A stretch of DNA of 64,000 nt from Candidatus Bathyarchaeia archaeon (GTDB lineage: Archaea > Thermoproteota > Bathyarchaeia > Bathyarchaeales > Bathycorpusculaceae): the NCBI GenBank assembly GCA_049515895.1, contig JBEKTQ010000009.1, positions 38,720-102,719 of the forward strand, read 5' to 3'. The translations under genes were made by a program, and so were the position numbers. The notes under the pieces are model-generated. The model was not told where the DNA came from. It did no database searches and saw nothing but the letters and a program-made list of their open reading frames with translations. The stretch's first letter is position 1. Each line of letters begins with the position of its first letter. Shown here one piece after another: positions 10,274-18,177 of the stretch.

Positions 10274-10669
10274 ATGAAAACAGAAACTATTGTTGTGAAT
10301 CTAAGACCTATCGACCCTGACAAGCTGGAAATAATAAAGGTACCTGAAACTAAAGAAACATTCAAGTTTAATTTATTATTAGACGCAGTGCCTGATTCTG
10401 TTTGGAAGGATTTCTTTAATGATGAATTACGGAAAAAACCGATACCGTTAGATTCCCAAATCGATTTTGGAGGAATGAGCATTTATATAGTCAGCACACC
10501 CAGCAAAATCAATGATATAATTGAGTTGGTAAAAAAGCTCGTGAATTCCACTAACGAGCACGTACAGCAGCACAACAAGAGATTGGCGGAAGGAAACGAG
10601 ATTGAGAGAAAAATGAATACGGATGACGGAGAAAAAATCAAACGGATGCGTGAAGCATTAAAGAAATAG
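10274..10669 (+). CDS. Hypothetical protein with C-terminal coiled coil
   Basis: 131-aa ORF with a promoter-like AAAAGACTTAAAT at 10224. Confidence 0.65.
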   Translation: MKTETIVVNLRPIDPDKLEIIKVPETKETFKFNLLLDAVPDSVWKDFFNDELRKKPIPLDSQIDFGGMSIYIVSTPSKINDIIELVKKLVNSTNEHVQQHNKRLAEGNEIERKMNTDDGEKIKRMREALKK

Positions 10670-10697
10670 AACAGATTTCTGACAGCCAAATCAGCCA

Positions 10698-10725
10698 AAA
10701 AGTCTTAAATCTACAAGTTACAGAA
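10698..10725 (+). promoter_or_regulatory. Conserved extended promoter motif
   Basis: AAAAGTCTTAAATCTACAAGTTACAGAA. Confidence 0.65.
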
Positions 10726-10747
10726 TAAAATTATTCAGGGTTTTGTA

Positions 10748-11095
10748 TTGGATACACAAGGAGTTGCTGTCGCTTTAGAAAAGACTTACGTGCTTGTTGT
10801 ACGAGTGGTTAATTTTCAAAGAAATATACCAATCAAGAATGTTAACGTTAAAGTTTTCAGATTGGAAAAGGCACCAATAGCGCTCCAACAATGGGCTGAA
10901 AATCTCAAAAATGGAGTTCCATTTAAAAAGTTGATGCTCTCGATGAATACCGATAATGATGGTAACGTAACTGCTGAACTTGCAGAGGGCTCTTATGAAG
11001 TGAAAGTCGAAAAATACGGTTTAATTAATCCTTTTGAATTAACGCAAAATGACAGAGTTCTCTTTATTGAACCGAAAAAGCATTGGTGGCAATAA
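10748..11095 (+). CDS. Carboxypeptidase-regulatory-like (Cna-B/prealbumin fold) domain protein
   Basis: PIKNVNVKV...TDNDGNV..L.EGSYEVKVEKYG. Confidence 0.6.
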   Translation: MDTQGVAVALEKTYVLVVRVVNFQRNIPIKNVNVKVFRLEKAPIALQQWAENLKNGVPFKKLMLSMNTDNDGNVTAELAEGSYEVKVEKYGLINPFELTQNDRVLFIEPKKHWWQ

Positions 11096-11119
11096 GTCTT
11101 AAATCTGTGTAGCGTAGGA
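11092..11119 (+). promoter_or_regulatory. Conserved extended promoter motif, overlapping the upstream stop codon
   Basis: ATAAGTCTTAAATCTGTGTAGCGTAGGA; its TAA is the stop codon of 10748-11095. Confidence 0.75.
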
Positions 11120-11141
11120 TAGAAGAACTGATACTATTAAA

Positions 11142-11474
11142 ATGCCAATAAATGAAGATGAACTAGAAAAGATTGAAGAACCTAAATGGAAGAGAGTTCT
11201 CGCTAAGATGGAAGAGGGAAAATTCTATTCAATAACAGAAATGAGCCACATGTTAGTTGGAATCCGTCTTTTTGAGGAAGATAGTTTTAAACAATATTTA
11301 CCTGAAAAGGTTCAAGGTAAGAAGAAATTATCGTTTGAAGAGGTTATTGAACCATTGGTCGAATTCTTAAGTGATACAACGTATATAGATTCTTTCCTAC
11401 AATCTCAAGTTGCAGTAGGGAATTTAATCGAAGGTTTCAAAGGCGATTTACCCTATTATGGGAAAAAAATGTAA
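11142..11474 (+). CDS. Hypothetical protein, possible winged helix
   Basis: 110-aa ORF; VLAKMEEGKFYSITEM...GNLIEG..GDLPYYG. Confidence 0.6.
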   Translation: MPINEDELEKIEEPKWKRVLAKMEEGKFYSITEMSHMLVGIRLFEEDSFKQYLPEKVQGKKKLSFEEVIEPLVEFLSDTTYIDSFLQSQVAVGNLIEGFKGDLPYYGKKM

Positions 11475-11538
11475 TTGAGAACACTACGACTATTATAAGA
11501 CTTTCTTACTCGCAGTATTAGCCCAGTTTTCATTGAAG

Positions 11539-11566
11539 ATAAGTCTTAAATCTGAATAGCATAGAA
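11539..11566 (+). promoter_or_regulatory. Conserved extended promoter motif
   Basis: ATAAGTCTTAAATCTGAATAGCATAGAA. Confidence 0.75.
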
Positions 11567-11582
11567 AGTGAACTGACTGATT

Positions 11583-11765
11583 ATGAAATGTCCTGCTTGC
11601 AATCAAATACTTCAACGAATAGAGGGTGTATGTGGCGAGTACTTCTGTATTAATCCTGAATGCCTTGAAAACAAGAAAATACACATGCAGGGATATGCAG
11701 AGTTTTACGGACTAACCCAAGCAGAAATATACGAAAACTATCATAGAGCACTCGCCAAAAAATAG
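11583..11765 (+). CDS. Small zinc-ribbon protein
   Basis: CPAC...YFCINPEC; 60 aa. Confidence 0.65.
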   Translation: MKCPACNQILQRIEGVCGEYFCINPECLENKKIHMQGYAEFYGLTQAEIYENYHRALAKK

Positions 11766-11831
11766 GAAGGAGAAATAGCCAAACACTAAAATAAGGTAAT
11801 TAAGATACAAATAAGGTTGAAAAAACAACCT

Positions 11832-11975
11832 GTGGAAAATTTGAATGACGATTTTTGTCCAAAGGGTCCTTATTGTGGTAGCGCTCGCCTTGAAGAAGAT
11901 GAAAATATCGTTAAGTGTCTTGATTGTGGCATGGGGACGTATAAGGCAGGTAAGCATAAGGCAGGTTCCAGATAA
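11832..11975 (+). CDS. 47-aa TFIIB-type zinc-ribbon-like peptide, possibly degenerate
   Basis: Manual translation: MENLNDDFCPKGPYCGSARLEEDENIVKCLDCGMGTYKAGKHKAGSR*; below the ORF-track length cutoff. Confidence 0.5.
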   Translation: MENLNDDFCPKGPYCGSARLEEDENIVKCLDCGMGTYKAGKHKAGSR

Positions 11976-12061
11976 TTACAAGAAAATGGCATCGTTTTCA
12001 TTGAGTTTGTTATTAATTGGCAAGGCACTACAGAGATATTTGGTTTCTTCTTCTAATTTTG

Positions 12062-12088
12062 ATAAGTCTTAGTCTGCACAGCGTAGAA
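12062..12088 (+). promoter_or_regulatory. Conserved extended promoter motif (1 nt shorter)
   Basis: ATAAGTCTTAGTCTGCACAGCGTAGAA. Confidence 0.65.
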
Positions 12089-12265
12089 ATAGCCCTATCA
12101 GCAAGACTTGTTAGACCTAATAGTATGGAGATGTGAACAAGCGAGTCAAAAAAAAATAGCGAGTAAATGGAAAAGAAGGACTTATTATCTTAATCGTTGA
12201 GTATAATGATGTGGATAATGCTGTTCGTAAGTTTTGTGAATGTAAGAATTGTTGGGTAGAGTGAT

Positions 12266-12484
12266 ATGGAAAACTTTGAGAGATTAAGTAACAAAGTTCT
12301 CATTAGAACCTGCCCCTGTGGCGTCGTATTCAAAACGTATGACCCAAAAAAAGCGTACCATGCAAACAGTTGTAGGATAATTTACGTTAGGAAAAGATTT
12401 AGAGCCATAGTCCAAAGAAGGAAACTAAAGCAAAAGAAGCTTGAAGAGAAAACTAACGCGGGCGCGATATGGTCTGTTGTTTAA
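12266..12484 (+). CDS. Small basic zinc-finger-like protein
   Basis: RTCPCGVVF....KKAYHANSCR followed by a basic tail. Confidence 0.55.
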   Translation: MENFERLSNKVLIRTCPCGVVFKTYDPKKAYHANSCRIIYVRKRFRAIVQRRKLKQKKLEEKTNAGAIWSVV

Positions 12485-12545
12485 TCGCTTTATAAGGAAG
12501 GTAGTGCAGTAGAGGGCAGTTGCGATGATTAAATGGTGATGGAAA

Positions 12546-12833
12546 ATGTCGGAAAAATCTAAAATTGTTTTCGTTGGAAATAAGATGCCTATGGACTATG
12601 TTCTGGCGATTATTACAGGGCTGTCGGCGAGTGATGATAAAGAGATAACTTTGAAGGCTAGAGGACAAGCAATAACTACAGCTGTTGACGCAGCTGAAAT
12701 AACGAGAAACCGCTTCCTAAAAGACCTGAAAGTACACAAAATTGTGATAGGAACAGAAGAGATGCCGCCAAGAGAGGGCGAAACCAGAGCACGGATGGTT
12801 TCAACAATTGAAATAATGCTTACAAAAGAGTAG
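12546..12833 (+). CDS. albA: DNA/RNA-binding protein Alba
   Basis: VFVGNK.PMDYV...ITLKARGQAITTAVDAAE...VSTIEI; GGTGA RBS upstream. Confidence 0.95.
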   Translation: MSEKSKIVFVGNKMPMDYVLAIITGLSASDDKEITLKARGQAITTAVDAAEITRNRFLKDLKVHKIVIGTEEMPPREGETRARMVSTIEIMLTKE

Positions 12834-12945
12834 GAAAACCTTCGAAACACGTGCTGCCCTTGTCACGATATTATGTGTTGAAGAATGTTGTCTAATTTGC
12901 CGAAGACCACAAATGGCAGGACAACTTCCTCTTAATCGGTGAGGG

Positions 12946-12998
12946 TTAAACTAAATTTGGTAAACCCGTAAACTTGCGGGCTAAATTAAAATTTAATC
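12946..12998 (+). repeat. 54-bp dispersed repeat, diverged copy 2
   Basis: First 25 bp are 23/25 identical to the other copies (TTAAACTAAATTTGGTAAACCCGTA). The central 10 bp differ, then CTAAA..AAT.TAA.C follows in register. Confidence 0.75.
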
Positions 12999-13147
12999 CC
13001 CAAACCCACAACACCAATACTGCACTACACCATACCACAAACCACAACGACACAAAACACACAAGCCAGTAGCTCCACGAGCGTCTCCCAGTCTGTCTGT
13101 CAATGTCCGTCAGCCTCTCCTATGTTCGGTAGAAAATTTTCGAGAAG

Positions 13148-13265
13148 ATAAGTCTTAAATTTGGACAGCTCAGAAAAAGTTTATGAAAAACTTATCGTTA
13201 GAAGGCGTGTAAGAATATCAATTCATTTCTTTAATTCATGAAACTTAAATCTGCACAGCATCTAA
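13148..13265 (+). promoter_or_regulatory. Two tandem copies of the conserved promoter motif (13148, 13238)
   Basis: ATAAGTCTTAAATTTGGACAGCTCAGAA and ATGAAACTTAAATCTGCACAGCATCTAA. Confidence 0.65.
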
Positions 13266-13305
13266 TAAACCAATCAGCGCTAATCCGTCAAGTGACAAGT
13301 GAGCT

Positions 13306-14490
13306 ATGCTAAACAGGAAAAAATTGGATTCGGACATATTTCATTTAGAAGTAAAGGACGATGAGCTATTTCTCGGAGACAAGATAGAGGGAACTTTAAG
13401 GATAATATCCAACCAAGAATTTGATATTGAAAAGATTTGGATTAATTTAAGATGCCAAGAAATCAAGGAAAAAAAGAATGCTGCTCTTTATGATGACGTT
13501 GTTCAGATTAGCGACAATGTGCACATCAGGCTTGGAGATAAAAAAGAATTCCTCTTCGCAATGAAGTTGCCGTTTGTTGGAAGAGAAACATTTGACAGCT
13601 TAAACCACAGTATCCAATGGTTAGTGTATGGGTACATTAAGATAAAAGGAAGCAAAGAACCCATAAGCGCAGAAGGCGGCGGTTTTATTCTTGTTGCCAA
13701 GCCAAGAGTATTAGTTAAAGAAGCGAGTTCCAATAGCACGAACGTAACCGAAACATTTCATATCGATTATGTTGGTGGTCAATGCTTCAAAAATGCTGAT
13801 TGCTTATTTGGAATTGTTAATGTTACAAAAGACATTTCCGCAGCAGTTGTCCGATTATACCCTCCTGGCACTATCCTTAAAATGAAGTCAGGAAAAAATA
13901 AACTCATAGCCGTGAAAGAGGCAATTATTGAAATTTCAACGGGAGCAAAATATGATTTTAAAGAATTGGGAATGTGGTCAAAGTGGCCAGAGCCCAGAAC
14001 AATCCATTACTCAGAACTTAAAAATAATAATGAGCACTCTCTAAATGTCTCTTCAGAAATTTCTTGTAAATTCGTACTTTTGGAATCCCCAACGTTTGTG
14101 GAGATAGTGTTTGAAAATGAATTAGTTTACAGTTTTTTCAGAAATAAATTTCTGAACAAATCTGTAAAAACTGGTGATACAATCGTTTTAAGTATTAGAG
14201 GACATAATTTGCCGTTTTATGTATGTTACTCTTATCCAGAAGAGTTCGTGAGGATTGATGGAAATACACATATCTCATACATAATTTCCAGCAATCAAAC
14301 TACGAAAATATATCCAACCCTTATTTCAAATAAGTACACAGTAAGAATGTATCCATTTCCACCTGAAGAATGCATGCCAAAGATTCCAAGTCGATATAAA
14401 GATATTGTCCAAGGTGGTCATGATAAACAATACGTGACGACAATCCAAGACCATCTCGATCTTAGTATACCTCTGGCGACAATAATTTGA
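13306..14490 (+). CDS. Arrestin/SpoOM-like N-domain fused to a CDC48 domain-2-like module; may extend to ~14641 via frameshift
   Basis: N-terminal GDKIEGTLRI...INLRCQE...KEFLFAMKLP...IQWLV. C-terminal LNKSVKTGDTIVL..RGHNLPFYV..SYPEEFVRIDGNTHI. An alternate frame after ~14486 continues FEYRSEHPF...WVKDV*. Confidence 0.55.
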   Translation: MLNRKKLDSDIFHLEVKDDELFLGDKIEGTLRIISNQEFDIEKIWINLRCQEIKEKKNAALYDDVVQISDNVHIRLGDKKEFLFAMKLPFVGRETFDSLNHSIQWLVYGYIKIKGSKEPISAEGGGFILVAKPRVLVKEASSNSTNVTETFHIDYVGGQCFKNADCLFGIVNVTKDISAAVVRLYPPGTILKMKSGKNKLIAVKEAIIEISTGAKYDFKELGMWSKWPEPRTIHYSELKNNNEHSLNVSSEISCKFVLLESPTFVEIVFENELVYSFFRNKFLNKSVKTGDTIVLSIRGHNLPFYVCYSYPEEFVRIDGNTHISYIISSNQTTKIYPTLISNKYTVRMYPFPPEECMPKIPSRYKDIVQGGHDKQYVTTIQDHLDLSIPLATII

Positions 14491-14685
14491 GTATCGCTCT
14501 GAGCACCCTTTCTCGAACGTTCTTTTGTCGACCGCTGAACAAACCGAAGAGAGCGTTTTTAATGCTTTAGGTTTGCCTGTACCAAGACCTGAGGAAAAAG
14601 ATGTTATTGGTGGCAAACCCATTTGGGTAAAAGATGTCTAACGATTTAGTTCAGAGTAAGACTTTTTCACGTCTTTTTGGCTAAA

Positions 14686-15006
14686 TTACCGGCAGTATTT
14701 ATAGAATTTTGCATAATCAGTTTCTGCAATCATTTTACCGTCTTTTTCAATTGCAACGCATGAAAAAATATAGTCTGTCCCTTCACAATTGAACCCTACT
14801 TCGGGTATTATTCCGCCGCAGTTTGGACAGTGTTCACCGGCGTTGACCTTTTCTTTGAGGAATTTTCTTATGAGCTCCACTATTTTCTTTGGCGCAACTG
14901 AATTGGGGCCATCCAAATAGAAAATTCTAATAAGGTGGTCTTCATCCTTTTCTTCAGCTTCTTGTTTTTCTTTCATAAGTGATATACTCCATGGAAGGTG
15001 TAACAA
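14686..15006 (-). CDS. Hypothetical protein with a CPNCGG motif
   Basis: ORF co-oriented and adjacent to 15012-15473. Confidence 0.5.
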   Translation of the reverse strand: MLHLPWSISLMKEKQEAEEKDEDHLIRIFYLDGPNSVAPKKIVELIRKFLKEKVNAGEHCPNCGGIIPEVGFNCEGTDYIFSCVAIEKDGKMIAETDYAKFYKYCR

Positions 15007-15011
15007 TTATG

Positions 15012-15473
15012 CTAGTTTTTGGATGTGTCGGAATTCTTCGACAGGACCAAAATCCAATCTGAGTTTATCTTTTTATGATTGTAATCTCTATCGACTATTT
15101 GTTTACATAGTTTTGGAAAAGCTTCATACGCATTTCTAAGAAGGAAAAGATACAAGTCTGAATTCGGGTGGTCGACAAAGGCATTGTTTATGTTTCGAGT
15201 TGAGCCGCACCTTAGTTCTACGCCTAATTCTCTTTCGCAATCTCTGACTATAATATCAGCGTCAAACCCAGTTTTTCCAATTACGCTAGCATAGATTTCT
15301 GAATCTATCAATGCCACTATTGTTTCCATTTGGAACCAAAGCTCGAACCCACCACCGAATTCAGCTATCATGTCTAGCTTATGCGCCATGTCAGGACTTG
15401 AAAAATGCTCACATACAATATTTAACAAATTCATTTCAAACTCATTCAAATAATTCTTTCCCCAAGGACTCAT
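15012..15473 (-). CDS. Hypothetical, PD-(D/E)XK-fold-like protein
   Basis: GFELWFQME...ADIIV...GVELR. Confidence 0.5.
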   Translation of the reverse strand: MSPWGKNYLNEFEMNLLNIVCEHFSSPDMAHKLDMIAEFGGGFELWFQMETIVALIDSEIYASVIGKTGFDADIIVRDCERELGVELRCGSTRNINNAFVDHPNSDLYLFLLRNAYEAFPKLCKQIVDRDYNHKKINSDWILVLSKNSDTSKN

Positions 15474-15505
15474 AATCCAGTTTCTTAATGGCAGGTCAAA
15501 CTGCG

Positions 15506-15868
15506 TTAAGGGTTTAGTGCGCGTTTTATGATTTTGGTTTCCTGGTTTTTCACTTCTTCGTAGGCATCGATAATATCTAAATCATTGCAGAGTTTTTTTA
15601 AAACGCTTTCAGAACCCAGTGTGGCGAGCCCTATCATTGCAAAAGCCACGAGCAGTTCATTGTAATCCAACTCCATATCATAGCGGCGCAAAAGGTCAGC
15701 CCTAAGAGACCTACGAAAAACAGTATCAAATGCCTTTGGAACAGTTATCGTCCTTTTAACTCTCTCTTTTCCAAACTTTCTTATAATTTCAGGAACGGCT
15801 TTTTTAACAGCTTCATAAAATTCGTCAATATTCTCGTATGGTACTATATCCTCTTGCATGACAGCCAA
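15506..15868 (-). CDS. Putative ribbon-helix-helix-like regulator
   Basis: KRTITVPKAFD...DYNELL strand-helix-helix pattern; palindromic TACGTACGTA upstream (~15886). Confidence 0.5.
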   Translation of the reverse strand: MAVMQEDIVPYENIDEFYEAVKKAVPEIIRKFGKERVKRTITVPKAFDTVFRRSLRADLLRRYDMELDYNELLVAFAMIGLATLGSESVLKKLCNDLDIIDAYEEVKNQETKIIKRALNP

Positions 15869-16081
15869 CTGCCATTAAGGTATATACGTACGTAGACGCG
15901 TACGGGTATTTACATCTTTCGAAGATTAACGTAAGGATTTACTCATTTTGTCTATGTCGACGATTCCGACATAATAGTTAAACGCCGCCAAAGTTAGTCC
16001 TGTCCAAGAGCGAACGGCTGCTATGCTCCAGCCTTCGTCAAAGAAGTTTAGCGCGCGGAACTTGTAGGCTCCTACCAATAG

Positions 16082-16135
16082 TTTAAACTAAAATTTGTAA
16101 ACCCGTATTTTTTCCCACTAAACTTGAATGTAAAC
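16082..16135 (+). repeat. 54-bp dispersed repeat, copy 3
   Basis: TTTAAACTAAAATTTGTAAACCCGTATTTTTTCCCACTAAACTTGAATGTAAAC. Confidence 0.9.
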
Positions 16136-16260
16136 CTCACTCTCCGCATCCATTATGGGGTTTCCTTGCATCTCGCGGAGTAACCGATCCAAAGTATGTC
16201 ATTGAAGGCCATTACTGACTGGCGCAAGCACTCGGCAAGTCGATCCTCATTGATTGGGAC

Positions 16261-16392
16261 TTATCTTTCGGACTGTAAAAACGACGCCTCTCTGAACTCT
16301 TTCAAAGCCTCGTCGTACGACTGCTGTTTATAAAATGCCTGACCCCTTTCAACATGGTCACTCGCGCTTTCGTTCGCTGACGAAGCTACCAT
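16261..16392 (-). pseudogene. Truncated TPR protein remnant
   Basis: MVASSANESASDHVERGQAFYKQQSYDEALKEFREASFLQSER*: one TPR, then a stop. Confidence 0.5.
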
Positions 16393-17086
16393 AGTAACCT
16401 GACCCAAAACATATTATTAGACTTGGCAGTTCTTATAACTTGTTTTCTCTGCAAGCCCGGGCCTTCTGTTGCTGGAAATTGGAGAAACAAAGCGCACGCA
16501 GAGCATATGCCATTTGACTACCGCGCGCTAACAAGAATTGAGTCCACCGGGAAGACCATACGAAACGTTTGGGAGTATTTTCGGTCCAACTCAATGGCAA
16601 GAAAACGGTTGAACGATTAGATTTCAGGGGCTTTCATGCGTGAAATTTAAACGTGAATTCACGTCTAACCAAGCAAGTCAAGTTTTCTTGAGACATTAAA
16701 CGGTTAGGCTTATCATAATGTACATTCAAAGTTTTTGTAATCCTGTGGTCTCTGAGAATGGCTCCAAAACTTTTTAACATCGAGACTGTTAACTAAAACA
16801 AAGGCGGAATGTGTTACGACAAAAAAAGGAAAAAAAGTTGTTATACTTCAACTTAATAGTCCAAGTACTTCATTTTTTCCCGACCAGTTGCAGCTGCGAA
16901 AATTTTAAACGGCATTCAAGTCTTTCGCTAACCATATAGAACTAAAATCGAAATATAGATACCCTTCATAGGAATGAGAGTTTAAACGCTCAAGTGAAAT
17001 CAAAACCTGCGCTTAAATCAAAGTCAATTTTCTACGCTTCTACGCGTAAAATGAGCGTAAACTGAGCTAAACTGATGGTTAGGGGA

Positions 17087-17204
17087 TGGTGCAGGGGGTG
17101 GGATTTGAACCCACGAACCTCTGGAGGATAGGCTCCTGAAGCATGCGCGCCGCTCTCTGGTAAAGGGCGGTTCTACGCCTTTGACCATGCTCGGCGACCC
17201 CTGC
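17087..17204 (-). tRNA. tRNA-Leu(CAG) with a 30-nt non-canonical intron at 29/30 (17143-17172); CCA encoded
   Basis: Acceptor GCAGGGG/CCCCTGC-ACCA and T-loop GTTCAAATC. Removing the intron restores the anticodon stem TAGGC-TTCAGGA-GCCTA. Long variable arm. Confidence 0.93.
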
Positions 17205-17230
17205 GTTGCATTGCTGTCAAGTTTGAGAAG

Positions 17231-17304
17231 GGCCGGGGCAGGGATTTGAACCCTGGCAAAAGGCTCCACAGGCCTCTAGGCTACCAAGCTACCTCACCCC
17301 GGCC
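17231..17304 (-). tRNA. tRNA-His(GTG) with encoded G-1
   Basis: G-GCCGGGG/CCCCGGC-C; anticodon arm GAGGC-CTGTGGA-GCCTT; GTTCAAATC. Confidence 0.95.
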
Positions 17305-17391
17305 GCAATCCCTAATATTTTCGGGTTTTTTTGACCTCGGCCACTTTTTGCTGCGATGAGCTTTGGCTTCTTTAGATTCATAGCATACACC

Positions 17392-17873
17392 TTATTTTCG
17401 TTTACGGAAGATTTTGCCGCCATCATTGTACTCTCCGGTAATGTACTCAAAACCTACGTCGACCAGTTTGCAGGCGTCTTCAGCAGTGAAGGCCAGGCGC
17501 GTTATGAATTGGTCGTTTGGCAGATCCATCACCCGTAACGGTCTTTGTTTCCGCCACAGCCCAAATTTTTCGCTCCTAAAGCGCATATTTGGCGAGTCCT
17601 GTTCTGTATTCTAACTCTAATATAATTTTCCGAGAATTTTTTGCCGCAGTCATTGCATGCGAAGGTCTGGGTTTCCTCGCCGGTGCTTAATCTTCTTGGG
17701 CCGTTAAGATCCATGCTTCTGCTGTTACAGTCGGGACATGATGGCCTGCGATCTGACTGAGATTCATTTGGGAGCGCTCCGAGGCCAGGAACGGATTCTC
17801 CGTTTCTGACTTCGGTATTGCCAAATATGCCTGTTGGAGCAAGCGCCTTTCCCCGATCCTCAGTCTTAATCAT
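17392..17873 (-). pseudogene. Tyrosine integrase remnant: N-terminal zinc ribbon plus C-terminal tail, catalytic core missing
   Basis: CPDCNS...FACNDCGKKFS...RQICALGAKNL joined out of frame to EDACKLVDVGFEYITGEYNDGGKIFRKRK, which I recognise as the terminus of archaeal (Bathyarchaeia-type) integrases. No R-H-R-Y core is present. Confidence 0.7.
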
Positions 17874-18177
17874 TTAATCACCCGCTTTCGGTAATTCATG
17901 GAGGGCGCGAGATGTCGTCTTCGCCGGTGACCGGATGCTTCACTTTGTCGTCCCAATTGATCACTTGATTTGTATGAACAGTTGAGCTGATGTCAACCAG
18001 GAGTGTCTTAGGCGATCAACGTTTGCCTTTTTTTTGGGGTCTATTTCTTTTGTTTACTCTCTTCCTAAAATTACATTAAAGGAAATGAGGCAAGAGAATT
18101 TACACCTTTTTTGCATCTTACAATTAATGCAAAGACGTAATCTTAAATTCTCTTTCTCAGTACTCTATTGCGAAGGA

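Noticed and set aside
11845-12072. 75-aa ORF
   Set aside because: It overlaps the zinc-ribbon frame 11832-11975 and runs into the promoter motif, so it is likely spurious.
13000-13070. C/A-rich tract (similar one at ~24095-24150)
   Set aside because: Low complexity with no consistent repeat unit, ORF or structure.
8543-13265. Repeated motif read as a CRISPR array or integron attC sites
   Set aside because: Copies are separated by ~90 to ~1700 bp that mostly contain genes, they are non-palindromic, and they lack RYYYAAC/GTTRRRY ends. No cas or intI gene is in the window.
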